Shown here in pieces: positions 1 through 9,966 of a stretch of DNA of 64,000 nucleotides. The notes below the pieces were generated by a model. The model was not told the DNA's origin. It was given only the letters and a program-made list of their open reading frames with translations, and ran no database searches. Origin of the DNA: Brevibacillus humidisoli (lineage in GTDB: Bacteria > Bacillota > Bacilli > Brevibacillales > Brevibacillaceae); the NCBI RefSeq assembly GCF_020923435.1, contig NZ_CP087263.1, positions 885,970-949,969 of the forward strand. Direction: 5' to 3'. Both the position numbers and the translations under genes were made by a program. Each line of letters opens with the position of its first letter. Positions within the stretch are counted from its first letter, which is position 1.

Positions 1-652
1 TCATTTTACTGGCGGTCTCTCTCCAACAGCCGTAGACGCAGCAATCCGCCTGGGGGCAAAGATCATTTGGATGCCGACGTTTTCTTCCAAAGAGCACCAA
101 TGCCACTTCGGCAAAAAGCAGACGCGTTTTTTCAACAGTGAACGGCCGCTGCTGCATCCCGATCATGGTCTGGAAATCTGGGATGAGCATCACAACATTC
201 TGCCTAACGTGCATGAAATCCTTGCCCTGATCGGGGAAGCAAATATTATACTGGCGACAGGTCATTTGCATGCTGATGAAGTGATGGTGCTGGTGGAAGC
301 GGCAAAACAGCATAAAATCGAAAAGATCCTGATCCAACACGCAGATCTCGGGATTGCCCCGATACCGCTTGAGCTGCAGAAAGAGCTGGCTCGAAAAGGT
401 GCCATACTGGAAAAATGTTATCTCGCCTGCTCAGCTGATTTTCAGGATCTAACTGTGGAAGAAATGGCGGAAAGCATTGAACAGATTGGGGCAGATGCCT
501 GCGCCCTGGTCACAGACTACGGACAGGTTCACAATATTCCTCCTGTTGAAGCATTGAGCCAGTTTGTCACGCAGATGCTGGCTTGCGGGATTTCTGAGTC
601 CGATATCGAAAAAATGGTGGTACGGAATCCAAAAACGCTCCTGGGACTGTAG
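1..652 (+). CDS. amidohydrolase-like TIM-barrel metal-dependent hydrolase, 5' end outside window
   Basis: Reading frame is open from nt 2 with no stop before the first in-frame ATG at 71, so the gene enters from upstream. The C-terminal 217 codons carry His/Asp-rich segments (TGHLHADE, VTDYGQ) reminiscent of amidohydrolase-2 type hydrolases. Family call is by motif recall only. Confidence 0.35.
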   Translation, partial: HFTGGLSPTAVDAAIRLGAKIIWMPTFSSKEHQCHFGKKQTRFFNSERPLLHPDHGLEIWDEHHNILPNVHEILALIGEANIILATGHLHADEVMVLVEAAKQHKIEKILIQHADLGIAPIPLELQKELARKGAILEKCYLACSADFQDLTVEEMAESIEQIGADACALVTDYGQVHNIPPVEALSQFVTQMLACGISESDIEKMVVRNPKTLLGL

Positions 653-673
653 ATCGAAGCAAAGGAGTGAGAG

Positions 674-2083
674 ATGATGGAACAACATGTGCTTGATGAA
701 ATCCGCAAAATCATACCGGAAGAACGGATCCTGCTTGACTTGCCTGATCGGTACTCCTACAGCTACGATGCTTCCTTTGGCCAGTATCTGCCTGATGTGG
801 TGATCGCGCCTGACGATGCCCAGGAAATCAGTCAGCTCGTCAAGCTGGCCAACAAATACCATATCCCGCTGTATCCGCGCGGAGCAGCCACGTCGCTAAG
901 CGGTGGTCCGCTTCCGGTGGAAGGCGGAATGGTGCTGGACATGTCGAGGTTAAATCGTACATTAGTCATTGACCGGGAAAATTTATTGGCGATTGTCTCA
1001 CCGGGCGTGATAACGGCTGATATCCACAAGAAAGCGGAAGAAGTAGGGTTATTTTATCCTCCTGATCCCAGCAGCTCGCATGTCTCAACGATTGGCGGCA
1101 ACCTGATGGAAAATTCGAGCGGACCCAAGGGACTGAAGTACGGAACGACCAAAGAATATGTGATTGGGCTGGAGGTCGTTACGCCTACAGGTGACATCAT
1201 ACGTACCGGGGGCAAAACGGTTAAAAATGTTACAGGGTATGATTTGACCCGATTAATCGTTGGTTCCGAAGGTACACTCGGTATTATCACCGAGGCGATT
1301 TTGCGCTTGATCCCCAAGCCGCAAGCGAGAAAAACGCTGTTGGCCGCATTTAACCGGTTGGAGGCTTCTGGTCATGCGATTACCAAGATTTTGTCATCCG
1401 GCATCTTGCCGGCAGCGATGGAATTGATGGATAACGCTTGTATTCGCTCTGTGGAGCATTACTCCCCTTGTGGACTTCCCATTGATGCGGAGGCGCTCAT
1501 CATCATCGAAGTGGACGGCCATCCCAAAGCGGTTGAAGAAGAGATCGTCAAATGTGCCGCTCTCTGTGAGGAGCAGGGCGCCGTTAGCGTACGCGTAGCC
1601 CAGAACGAAGCAGAGCGTCAGGAAATCTGGAAGGCAAGAAAAATGGTATCCCCAGCCATTACCCAAATGGGGCCGACCAAAATTTCCGAGGATGCAACAG
1701 TCCCACGCAGTCAAATCCCGGCGATGATGAAGCGGCTACAGAAGATACGTGAGAAATATCAGTTGAATCTGGTCGTGTTCGGCCACGCCGGGGACGGCAA
1801 CCTGCATCCCAATATCATTACGGATAAACGGAACATAGAGGAGATGAAGCGGGCAGAGGATGCTGTGAGCGAAATTTTTGAGGCCGCTGTCTCCCTCGGT
1901 GGGACGCTTTCCGGCGAGCACGGCATCGGGACGATGAAGGCCCCCTACATGGAGATGGAGCTTGGAGAAGTTGGCCTGATGATGATGAAAAAAATCAAGC
2001 AGGCGTGGGACCCGAACAATATTTTGAATCCAGGCAAGATCTTTCCCAAACCGGGGCAGACGAAGGTGGTGTTAACCGAATGA
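674..2083 (+). CDS. glcD: glycolate oxidase FAD-linked subunit GlcD (FAD-binding PCMH oxidase)
   Basis: 469 aa ORF. N-terminal FAD-binding domain motifs (RGAATSLSGGPLP, GGNLMENSSGPKGLKYGTT) and C-terminal FAD-oxidase domain (HAGDGNLHPNI). RBS AAAGGAG upstream of ATGATG. Stop overlaps the start of the next gene (ATGA). Confidence 0.85.
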   Translation: MMEQHVLDEIRKIIPEERILLDLPDRYSYSYDASFGQYLPDVVIAPDDAQEISQLVKLANKYHIPLYPRGAATSLSGGPLPVEGGMVLDMSRLNRTLVIDRENLLAIVSPGVITADIHKKAEEVGLFYPPDPSSSHVSTIGGNLMENSSGPKGLKYGTTKEYVIGLEVVTPTGDIIRTGGKTVKNVTGYDLTRLIVGSEGTLGIITEAILRLIPKPQARKTLLAAFNRLEASGHAITKILSSGILPAAMELMDNACIRSVEHYSPCGLPIDAEALIIIEVDGHPKAVEEEIVKCAALCEEQGAVSVRVAQNEAERQEIWKARKMVSPAITQMGPTKISEDATVPRSQIPAMMKRLQKIREKYQLNLVVFGHAGDGNLHPNIITDKRNIEEMKRAEDAVSEIFEAAVSLGGTLSGEHGIGTMKAPYMEMELGEVGLMMMKKIKQAWDPNNILNPGKIFPKPGQTKVVLTE

Positions 2084-3404
2084 GTCGACCTGTTGGAGGG
2101 GGAACCCATTCGCAAAAATTGTTCGATCTGGCACATGACGCCACCAACCAGTGCGTCCAATGCGGTTACTGTCTGCCTGCTTGCCCGACGTATGAATCGA
2201 TGGGGAAAGAGACAGCTTCTCCGCGCGGCAGAATCAACTTGGTAAAGATGGCGGCAGAAGGAAAAATGGATGTGCAGCAAGACTTGGCCAAGCCGATCGA
2301 TTTATGCCTGGGCTGCAGAGCCTGTGAGGTGGCTTGTCCCGTTGGTGTGCCATATGGTCACATCCTGGAGGCGGCAAAAGAGGTAATCGCCGATGCGGAC
2401 TCGAGCCAGCCATCTACAGGACTTCGCGGCAAACTAAAAACGATGATTCTTTCTCATCTCTTTCCATACCCGAGGAGGCTGCGAGCCTTGGGCAATCTCG
2501 TCTGGCTGTACCAGAAGCTCGGGTTCGACAAACTGGCGCGCAAAACACGGTTGACCCAACTGTTCCCCGAGCCCCTCGGCCAGTTTGAAAAAGTGCTTCC
2601 ACCCTTGGAGTCCCCTGCCAAGCGAAACAAGTGGGGCACAATCATTCCCGCCAAGGGTGAGAAAAAAGCGAGAGTAGCTTTTTTTCCGGCTGTATCATGG
2701 ACGCGATGATGCACCAGACCAATCGCTACTCGATTGAACTGCTCTCGCTGATCGGATGTGAAGTGATTATTCCAGAAGGGCAGAACTGCTGTGGCGCGCT
2801 CCACGCGCACCAGGGATTGACGGATCAGGCGAAGGAACTGGCCAAGGCAAATATAGAGGCTTTTGTACAACTGGGAGCCGACTACTACATTAACAACGCC
2901 GGTGGTTGTGGTGCGATCCTGCGAGAGTACGATCACCTATTGGCCGACGAAGCGGAATGGGCAGAGCGAGCCAAGGAATTCGTCGCCAAGTCAAGAGATA
3001 TTACCGAGGTGCTTGTCGAGTACGGTCCGCTGCCTTTCAGCAAGCCATGGGAGGGGATCATTACCTACCAGGACTCCTGCCACTTGCGCAATGTCCAAGG
3101 TGTCGTAAAGCCCCCCCGTCAGCTTTTGCAATCCATACCGGGTGCAAGCTATGTGGAACTTGAGGGCAGTGAGAGCTGTTGCGCTTCTGGGGGTATCTAT
3201 AACCTGCTGCACTTTGAAGAGTCGATGAAAATTCTTGACGCCAAAATGGATAATGTGCGAGATACAAAAGCGACGACCATCGTCACGACCAATCCGGGTT
3301 GTTTGCTTCAGATGAAGTTGGGGGTTGAAAGAGAGGAACGATCAGAAAATCTGAGAGCGCTTCATATCGTCGAAGTATTGGCCGAGGCTTGTGGAATCAG
3401 ATAA
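2080..3404 (+). CDS. glcF: glycolate oxidase iron-sulfur subunit GlcF, reading frame broken by a 1-nt deletion near 2688
   Basis: N-terminal part (ORF 2005..2709, real start ATG 2080 overlapping the glcD stop) has two 4Fe-4S ferredoxin motifs (CVQCGYCLPACP, CLGCRACEVACP). C-terminal part (ORF 2697..3404, other frame) has two CCG cysteine-rich domains (NCCGALHA, GGCGAIL, ESCCASGG). The expected RVAFFPGCIMD junction is restored by adding one G in ccgg at 2686-2689. Confidence 0.8.
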
Positions 3405-3480
3405 CGTATTTATCGATACCCAGCCAGGAGTCTTGATGCTTCCGTATCAAAACCTACAAATCGTCCAGGTTATAGATATA

Positions 3481-3512
3481 AGGCTGCCTACGGTGAGGCA
3501 GCCCTTTTTTTT
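3481..3512 (+). terminator. rho-independent terminator after glcF
   Basis: Hairpin GGCTGCCT-acggtg-AGGCAGCC followed by T8 (3504-3511). Confidence 0.7.
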
Positions 3513-3532
3513 CAAAGAGAGGGGGGGAAATG

Positions 3533-3694
3533 TTATTTGCGCTTGGCACTTGCGATAGCGAAATTTGTTGCTACACCAATCAAAAAAACACCGATCAGCC
3601 ACTTGATGGAGGCATGATGTTGGTCGCCAACAGCAGTAAGGATCGTACTTGCCCCCATTAACAGGAATAAAACGGCCAGGTGTCTAGGTTCCAT
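3533..3694 (-). CDS. small hydrophobic membrane peptide (53 aa), downstream of and co-directional with the CPBP protease gene
   Basis: Not in the ORF track (<60 aa). ATG at 3694 is preceded by GAGGTGGGAAAG (RBS, 6 nt spacer). Translation is MEPRHLAVLFLLMGASTILTAVGDQHHASIKWLIGVFLIGVATNFAIASAKRK, two predicted helical hydrophobic segments. Stop TAA at 3533-3535. Confidence 0.3.
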   Translation of the reverse strand: MEPRHLAVLFLLMGASTILTAVGDQHHASIKWLIGVFLIGVATNFAIASAKRK

Positions 3695-3754
3695 CTTTCC
3701 CACCTCGGATTTGAGAGATACGCGTCATGTAGGTGCTGGGGACTGCAACGCTTC

Positions 3755-4600
3755 TTAGATGAAATGAACGAAAACAGCATGCAGACACAAATCAGCCACC
3801 ATGTGTGATAGGATGGCATACTCCAGGCCTTTTTTCCAAAATAAATACCCGAAAAAAATTCCCAAAAGACTGTTCAGGACGATGCCGCGGGCGACAAGGA
3901 GAGGTGTAAGCTCCCCAAAAGCTTGCTCGGTAGCGGGAAGATGCAACAAGCCAAAAATCGTTGCGGCCGTTACGATGGCAACCCAGTAGTAGACCGAAGG
4001 GATCATCCCCGTATGATGGCGGTGAAATAGTTTGATGAGGACCCATGCGATGAGGGTCATGAGAAACAAACGGACTTGGACCTCCTCCACTACCCCGCCA
4101 TAAAAGATCGTTAATACTCCTTTCCACCACTCTGCAGGTTCTTGCATTACCTCAGGTACCGCCATAAAAGGCAAAAACAGATAACGATCCAACAGCATGA
4201 TGAGTAGCGAGCCGATGATCGCTCCCATCGCGCCGATTACAGCCCAGGAAATGGAGAATCGAGGGGGAGCTTGATCCTGATTTCGATACAGCAAACGATG
4301 GAGAAGGGGTGCTTTGAGTCCGATCTGCTGCCCTAGTCTGAGTCCGATCCATGCCAGGATAAAAGAGAGGATGGCTACCTGCAGCCCGCCTAACGAGGCA
4401 ATGGCGGCAAGCGGCAGACCCGTTTGTTCCATCATCTCATTGACAGATATGCCAAGCAGGTCATCGATAATGAAATAGATGGTAAAACCGCCGACAAAAC
4501 TTAAACATCCGAGTAAAAAGGCGACTCTTAGTTGCTTGGCCCTGTCCATCTGACGTTCTCTCCTTTGACTTGGTTTTCTTTGGTCTGCAAGGATTTCCAC
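3755..4600 (-). CDS. CPBP family intramembrane metalloprotease (CAAX protease / Abi family)
   Basis: Polytopic membrane protein carrying the three CPBP motifs: EExxxR (GGVVEEVQVRLFLM), FxxxH (FGLLHL) and HxxxD (HMVADL). The true start could be the internal Met at 4549. Confidence 0.7.
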   Translation of the reverse strand: MEILADQRKPSQRRERQMDRAKQLRVAFLLGCLSFVGGFTIYFIIDDLLGISVNEMMEQTGLPLAAIASLGGLQVAILSFILAWIGLRLGQQIGLKAPLLHRLLYRNQDQAPPRFSISWAVIGAMGAIIGSLLIMLLDRYLFLPFMAVPEVMQEPAEWWKGVLTIFYGGVVEEVQVRLFLMTLIAWVLIKLFHRHHTGMIPSVYYWVAIVTAATIFGLLHLPATEQAFGELTPLLVARGIVLNSLLGIFFGYLFWKKGLEYAILSHMVADLCLHAVFVHFI

Positions 4601-4869
4601 TTTTTATGTTCCTCCTGCGTTCGGATGCAGAAATAATAAGTACAGCGATCCACACCCAAATATTATTATTACTAATAATGATAATAATAGCTCGCTGTTT
4701 ATTCGTCAATACAGAAGCATAGTTTGATGATCGGAACCATCGAAGGGCTGATCTTTCCCGGATTCAGTCCAGTTAGAACCGTTGCATACATGAGGAAGGG
4801 CTGGGTCATTTCACCCAGCCCTCTACTGCTAATGATACAGACACGCTGCAATGTTGTGTAATGGAGTGG

Positions 4870-5388
4870 TTAACGCAAAGCTTGAACCAAGCTTTCCCCA
4901 AAATCTTTGGCTCCGTCTGGACCATTGCTCGTGATAATATCTTTATGAGCAACGACGTTTTCTACTACGTATTCTACGTCGTTGGCTTTCAATTCGTTAA
5001 TCATCACGTCTACCGGGTAGCATGTTGCTTTCCGTCCAGAGAGCAGGCCTGTTTTGGCCACAACCACAGAGCCGGCGCAAATCCCGGATACGAGAACGTT
5101 TTGGGTGTGGGCTTGTTTCAAGAAGTCGAGCAGTTCTTGATTGCCCCATAAGTGATCAATTGTACCAGATCCCCCGATGACACCAACAACATCATACACA
5201 TCAGGCGACTCCGTAGAAAAGATCGTCTCAACATTCGTCTTTCCGTTATTGTCGCCTGTCACTTCACCGACGGCTGTACTTGCAATCGTAACGGCAACCC
5301 CTGCGTTTTCCAAGGCTGCTTTGGGCTGGAACAATTCATCCTCATTAAATCGATCTGGTGGTATAATAAACAGAGCTTTCTTAGTCAT
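4870..5388 (-). CDS. DJ-1/PfpI family protein (class I glutamine amidotransferase-like)
   Basis: 172 aa with nucleophile elbow SGICAG and the DJ-1/PfpI fold signature (VGVIGGSG...). Divergent from an HxlR regulator, a classic pairing. Confidence 0.85.
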   Translation of the reverse strand: MTKKALFIIPPDRFNEDELFQPKAALENAGVAVTIASTAVGEVTGDNNGKTNVETIFSTESPDVYDVVGVIGGSGTIDHLWGNQELLDFLKQAHTQNVLVSGICAGSVVVAKTGLLSGRKATCYPVDVMINELKANDVEYVVENVVAHKDIITSNGPDGAKDFGESLVQALR

Positions 5389-5525
5389 GATGTTTTACCT
5401 CCTCGATATTCCATCCTGTCTTGTCGACATAAGCAATTGTATCGTGAGCTTTCTTTACCGTGAAGAATGCACTTTTTTGTAAGGAGGTAACCCGAAAGTA
5501 ACTAACAAAGAAGGAGTTCATTTCG

Positions 5526-5903
5526 ATGACGGATGCATTGCGAGAGGAAATCAAAGAAAAAATCGTAAATGGAGATTATCATTGTGAGAAAGAACTAACG
5601 TTGTCTATCATTAGCGGCAAGTGGAAAATCGTGATTATTTGGCATCTAGGTGTAGAAGGACCGCATCGGTTCAGTGATCTCCAACGATTATTTCCTAAAA
5701 TATCCCATAAGGTGCTGTCCAATCAACTGCGAGAACTTGAAGAAGATGGCATTATCTATAGAAAAGTGTATCCGGAAGTTCCTCCCAGGGTTGAGTACTC
5801 TATGACGGAACTGGGTATGACGCTTCTCCCTATTGTTCAAATGATGTACGAATGGGGAAAGAAGCGAATCGAACAGTTTAAAAAGGAGAATGGACACCAG
5901 TAA
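5526..5903 (+). CDS. HxlR family winged-helix transcriptional regulator
   Basis: 125 aa. HxlR signature ISGKWKIVIIWHL...GPHRFSDLQRLFP.ISHKVLSNQLRELEEDGII. Divergently transcribed from the DJ-1/PfpI gene. Confidence 0.85.
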   Translation: MTDALREEIKEKIVNGDYHCEKELTLSIISGKWKIVIIWHLGVEGPHRFSDLQRLFPKISHKVLSNQLRELEEDGIIYRKVYPEVPPRVEYSMTELGMTLLPIVQMMYEWGKKRIEQFKKENGHQ

Positions 5904-6093
5904 TGGATGTATACAGGCCCCGGCTAACGGGTGACACGAATGGGAAGGCATATCCATCACCTGTGGAAGATCTTGCCGTATCGATTTCCGTTGATCTCAG
6001 CGGCAGGAAGCACGCCGGCCATGCTCTGGACGTCAATCCCCCCTGATCGTGTATAGAATGTGAAGCAAAGCTAAAGACGTATAGGAGAAGAAA

Positions 6094-6131
6094 AGCCACC
6101 GATCACTGTGAGTGAAGCTGGTGGCTTTTTG
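6094..6131. terminator. bidirectional hairpin terminator between hxlR and the convergent GntR gene
   Basis: AGCCACC-(19 nt)-GGTGGCT followed by TTTTT on the + strand and T-rich on the - strand. Confidence 0.5.
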
Positions 6132-6138
6132 GTCGTTG

Positions 6139-7116
6139 CTATCCGTTGTTATTCATGTGGGAGAGATTCTTCAACAGATTTTCGCTGCTTTTTTCCAGAG
6201 AAAGAGGGAACAGCTTTACTTTATTGGGGGCTATGTTTTTCATCTCATGGTATACAGCCGAGGAGGCATACACTTGATCGGCCTCATCCAATGCTTGCCG
6301 GAGATCTCTTTTGTTGTCAGCGCCGACAGGGAAACTCTCAATATGCTGAATGCCGGCATCTTTTACACGCTGCAGCATCCATTGGCCGCCTTGTTTGCCA
6401 AGACAGACAAAGGCAACGCGACTTCCCGCATCCATTCTGGCAATATCCAGCAAGGGGGCCATGTCCGCCGTTGCGCCAATCGTGAACAATGGCTTTGCTT
6501 TGGCGGAAAGCAGCGCTTTCACTTCATCGTCGTGATTAAGCGTGGTCACCACAACGTCAGACTGTGTTAATGCTTCCTCAAGCAACACGTTGCCGCTCAC
6601 AAGGTCTTCCAGAAACAGCGGGCGAACCTCTGCATGGGTGCAGCGCTCCACCTCACGTTTGTAGAAGAGATGATCGTGCTCCCGACATTCGATAAACAAG
6701 ATTCGTGTCTTGTGGACCGCTGCGTTGTTATGCAGCTGTACGAATGCGCAGCTGGCGTAAACCAACTCATACAGGTCGAGCCCTTGTTCCTCTGCTGCCG
6801 TAAACATGCTCTCCAAAAGAGCATGCATCGCGGTTCTCGTTTTCTTCAACGCTTCAATGATCGGTCCATCGACCACCTGTGTCCCGCGTCCTTTTTGAAT
6901 GGCAACAATGCCTTCGTCACGCAATTGGGTGTAAACGAGGTTTACGGTATTGCGGTTTACTTTTAATCTATCAGCAAGCTGGCTGGCTGGTGGCAGAAGC
7001 TCTCCTGGCTTGATGGCGCCAATTCCAATCATCCATTTCAGCTGTTCCTTGATTTGTGTATTTAAGCTAAAGGTAAAGCTGGGATCAGTTTGCAGGACAA
7101 CTCCTTTTTCCATCAT
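6139..7116 (-). CDS. GntR family transcriptional regulator with C-terminal ligand-binding domain
   Basis: N-terminal GntR HTH (IKEQLKWMIGIGAIKPGELLPPASQLADRLKVNRNTVNLVYTQLRDEGIVAIQKGRGTQV) followed by a roughly 230 aa C-terminal domain. Confidence 0.7.
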   Translation of the reverse strand: MMEKGVVLQTDPSFTFSLNTQIKEQLKWMIGIGAIKPGELLPPASQLADRLKVNRNTVNLVYTQLRDEGIVAIQKGRGTQVVDGPIIEALKKTRTAMHALLESMFTAAEEQGLDLYELVYASCAFVQLHNNAAVHKTRILFIECREHDHLFYKREVERCTHAEVRPLFLEDLVSGNVLLEEALTQSDVVVTTLNHDDEVKALLSAKAKPLFTIGATADMAPLLDIARMDAGSRVAFVCLGKQGGQWMLQRVKDAGIQHIESFPVGADNKRDLRQALDEADQVYASSAVYHEMKNIAPNKVKLFPLSLEKSSENLLKNLSHMNNNG

Positions 7117-7266
7117 CCCACCTCCATACCTAGAGTAATAGGTTTGTATATATTATACACCTACACATCTCATTGCAAAAGTCAAAATGATCATCTTTCC
7201 TTCGCGCTACTTGACAACCACGATGTCTCTTTCTCCCTAGAAGAAAAATAAGTGTTTGAAAAAGTG

Positions 7267-7296
7267 TTGACAGCTGAACTTTCACTAGGATATTAT
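7267..7296 (+). promoter_or_regulatory. sigma-A type promoter upstream of the HPP-cstR genes
   Basis: TTGACA (7267-7272), 18 nt spacer, TATTAT (7291-7296). Confidence 0.4.
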
Positions 7297-7416
7297 CATA
7301 AACAACCAAATAACCATATACCTAGTTATTCGGTTAAATAGTTCAGTTCGTCAATCAGTTGAATGTCCAACCACAACGGACCCAACAGTTCATGTTGCCC
7401 AAAAGGAGAGAGGAAG

Positions 7417-8079
7417 ATGAGCGTGAGGGAGATGCTTTACACGTACTTTGCAAAAATGCGCGGAATAGGCAGCAGCCCGTTACAGGTTGTTCCCAAAACA
7501 GCATTCATTGGGCTGCTGGGTGGATTTATCTCGATAGGCATTTTGGCATATCTGACTGTCCAAACCACGAGCGTGTGGCTGATGGCTCCATTCGGAGCAA
7601 GCTGTGTGCTGGCATTTGGCGTCTGGGATGCTCCCTTGTCTCAACCGCGCAACATTGTAGGGGGGCATCTCATCTCCACTGCGGTAGGGATCGCCATGTA
7701 TCACCTGTTTGGAAATGAGGTTTGGGTGGTGGCGCTAGGGGTTGGGCTGGCCATCGCGCTGATGCATCTCACGCGTACGACACATCCTCCTGCCGGAGCA
7801 GACCCGATCGTGGTCATCCTTGCAGGGAGTACCTGGTCTTTCCTGATCATGCCTGTATTGGTCGGTTCACTTGTGATCGTTCTTACCGCTCTGGTGGTGA
7901 ACAACCTGGACAGGGAGAGACAGTATCCCAAGTTTTGGCTGTATGCCAACTTTTGCAAGAGGATAAGAAGGGTTGCCGGACAGGCATGTGGCAATCCTGC
8001 GAGTAGGATTGCCACTTTCTTTGTTGCTCATTTTCAGTTAGGTTGGTACATTATATATACTCAACAAGAGAGCTTGTAG
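7417..8079 (+). CDS. HPP family membrane protein
   Basis: Contains the HPP motif (LTRTTHPPAGADP) and 4-5 TM segments. Start chosen at ATG 7417 after AAAGGAGAGAGGAAG; the ORF track's longer start at 7363 lacks an RBS. Confidence 0.65.
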   Translation: MSVREMLYTYFAKMRGIGSSPLQVVPKTAFIGLLGGFISIGILAYLTVQTTSVWLMAPFGASCVLAFGVWDAPLSQPRNIVGGHLISTAVGIAMYHLFGNEVWVVALGVGLAIALMHLTRTTHPPAGADPIVVILAGSTWSFLIMPVLVGSLVIVLTALVVNNLDRERQYPKFWLYANFCKRIRRVAGQACGNPASRIATFFVAHFQLGWYIIYTQQESL

Positions 8080-8097
8080 AAGAAAGGAGAAAAGCAC

Positions 8098-8358
8098 ATG
8101 AATTACGGTGATCACATAAAAAATCGTCTGAAACGCGTTGAAGGACAAGTCCGAGGAGTGCTTGGCATGATTGAGGCGGATAAAGATTGCAAGGATGTCG
8201 TAGGCCAACTGGCAGCTATCCGTTCAGCTATCGACAAGACCATTGCGGTCATTGTTGCTGAGAACTTGGCCACCTGTATTCGCGACGAGATCGAACAGGG
8301 GGGGAATGCGGATCAAATTGTGCAGGAAGCCATTTACTTACTGGTAAAAAGCAGATAA
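8098..8358 (+). CDS. cstR: CsoR family repressor of the CstR (persulfide-sensing, two-Cys) type
   Basis: 86 aa CsoR/RcnR (DUF156) fold. Cys in DKDCKD and in ENLATCI, but no His at the copper-ligand position (copper CsoRs have H-x-x-x-C). C-terminal LVKSR matches my recollection of S. aureus CstR. RBS AAAGGAGAA. Genomic context is sulfurtransferase / persulfide dioxygenase genes. Confidence 0.8.
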   Translation: MNYGDHIKNRLKRVEGQVRGVLGMIEADKDCKDVVGQLAAIRSAIDKTIAVIVAENLATCIRDEIEQGGNADQIVQEAIYLLVKSR

Positions 8359-8398
8359 GGAAGGCACTACGCGATATCTTCATGGCCAAAATATAAAC

Positions 8399-8484
8399 TT
8401 GACAGGAAAGCACTTGTTTTTTAATATACGTATAGGGGTATATGTATTATTTTTTTACAAACGTTAATACCCATACAGGTATAT
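8399..8484 (+). promoter_or_regulatory. promoter with two CsoR/CstR-type palindromic operators in the cstR-dsrE intergenic region
   Basis: TTGACA (8399-8404), 17 nt, TAATAT (8422-8427). Operator 1 ATATAC-gtataggg-GTATAT (8424-8443) overlaps the -10. Operator 2 AATACC-catacag-GTATAT (8466-8484). Both share the direct repeat GGTATATGTAT. Confidence 0.45.
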
Positions 8485-8505
8485 GTATATAGGGAGGAGG
8501 ATTGT

Positions 8506-8985
8506 ATGAACAAGCAAGATAAAACAACGCTCATCGTTTTTGATGGTGATCTAGACAAAGCAATCGCCAGCTTTATAATTGCCACTGGCGCAGCCGCCAT
8601 GGGGAAAAAAGTGACGATGTTCTTTACTTTCTGGGGGTTGAACATTTTGCGGAAAGATATGGCCGTTCCTGTGAAAAAAGGGCTGCTGGAAAAAATGTTT
8701 TCCTGGATGATGCCGCGTGGGCCAGAAAAGCTGGGGATTTCCAAGATGAACTTTGGCGGACTGGGGGCCAACATGATGAAGTTTATCATGAAGAAAAAAA
8801 ATGTAGCTACGCTCGCAGAGTTGATGCAAATGGCCAAAGAGCTTGATGTAGAAATGATCGCTTGCACGATGTCTATGGATGTAATGGGCTTTAAGGAAGA
8901 AGAACTGATAGATGGCCTTCAATTTGCCGGAGTCGCAACCTATCTCGCTGAAGCAGATCAAGCGAACATCAATCTGTTTATTTAA
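8506..8985 (+). CDS. DsrE/DsrF-like family protein (YrkE-like sulfur relay component)
   Basis: 159 aa. DsrE-like fold signature (TLIVFDGDLDKAIASFIIATGAAAMGKKVTMFFTFWGLNIL). RBS AGGGAGGAGG. Sits in the cst/yrk-type operon context. Confidence 0.7.
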   Translation: MNKQDKTTLIVFDGDLDKAIASFIIATGAAAMGKKVTMFFTFWGLNILRKDMAVPVKKGLLEKMFSWMMPRGPEKLGISKMNFGGLGANMMKFIMKKKNVATLAELMQMAKELDVEMIACTMSMDVMGFKEEELIDGLQFAGVATYLAEADQANINLFI

Positions 8986-9167
8986 ACATTGGGTGATGCA
9001 ATAAGCCGCACTCTAGCTCTTCGAGATGGAGACTCTCATGAGAAGTAGACCAGGATTTGAAACTAGATGGTATATGGTTCAGCTATTTCTATGTACAAAT
9101 GAGGAACGATGGGAGTCGAACGCCGTATCGGCTCTCGCCTGCCTCAATTGCTGGGGAGGGGGAGTGC

Positions 9168-9950
9168 ATGACATCATCACTGCTGGTCGTCTTGTTTTGC
9201 ATCGGATTTGTCGGTTCATTTCTTTCCGGTCTGGTCGGCATCGGGGGCTCCATTATCAAGTATCCGATGTTGTTATATATTCCTTCAGCCTTAGGGGTTG
9301 CTGTCTATACGGCCCATGAGGTATCCGGCATTAGTGCGGTACAGGTTTTCTTCGCGACCCTTTCGGGTGTATGGGCACTGCGTAAAGATAATCTGATCCA
9401 CTACAAGCTGGTTGTTTACATGGGGAGTGCGATTATCCTCGGAAGTTTCGCTGGGGGATACGGCGGTAAATATCTTGCGCCAGAGACAATCAACTTGATC
9501 TATGGGAGCCTGGCAGCGATTGCCGCCATCATGATGTTCATTCCCAAAGTGGACATCGATCACATGTCATTGCAACAAGTGACGTTTAACCGAACGATTG
9601 CTGTCCTTAGCGCTCTCGCTGTCGGGATGGCATCCGGAATTGTGGGGGCAGCCGGCGCCTTCATTCTGGTACCCATTATGCTCTTGGTGTTAAAGATCCC
9701 TACACGTGTAACCATCGCATCCTCGCTGGCAATCACCTTTCTCTCATCGATCGGCACAACGATCGGGAAAGTGATGGCAGGAGACGTTCTGTTCTGGCCT
9801 TCGGTGATTATGGTGGTGGCAAGCATTTTGGCAGCTCCTCTGGGAGCGCGGATTAGCAAGCGTATCAATACGAAGGCCCTGCAAACGATTCTGGCGGTAA
9901 TGATCCTGGGTACAGCTATAAAAATCTGGACGAACCTATTCACTTCATAA
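9168..9950 (+). CDS. TauE/SafE family sulfite/sulfonate exporter
   Basis: 260 aa, about 8 TM segments, with the characteristic duplicated GxGGG motifs (LSGLVGIGGS, IVGAAGAFIL). Start placed at ATG 9168 after GGGGAGGGGGAG; the ORF track's 9057 start lacks an RBS. Confidence 0.75.
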   Translation: MTSSLLVVLFCIGFVGSFLSGLVGIGGSIIKYPMLLYIPSALGVAVYTAHEVSGISAVQVFFATLSGVWALRKDNLIHYKLVVYMGSAIILGSFAGGYGGKYLAPETINLIYGSLAAIAAIMMFIPKVDIDHMSLQQVTFNRTIAVLSALAVGMASGIVGAAGAFILVPIMLLVLKIPTRVTIASSLAITFLSSIGTTIGKVMAGDVLFWPSVIMVVASILAAPLGARISKRINTKALQTILAVMILGTAIKIWTNLFTS

Positions 9951-9966
9951 AGGAGGAGTACTTCAT

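Noticed and set aside
4645-4695. ATTATTATTACTAATAATGATAATAATAG low-complexity stretch
   Set aside because: Short AT-rich tract in the promoter region of the CPBP gene. No flanking repeats or spacer structure, so it is not a CRISPR or mobile-element end.
4797-4822. Perfect 10-bp hairpin AGGGCTGGGT-catttc-ACCCAGCCCT downstream of the DJ-1 gene
   Set aside because: No U-tract on either strand, so it is not called as an intrinsic terminator. It may be an RNA stability element.
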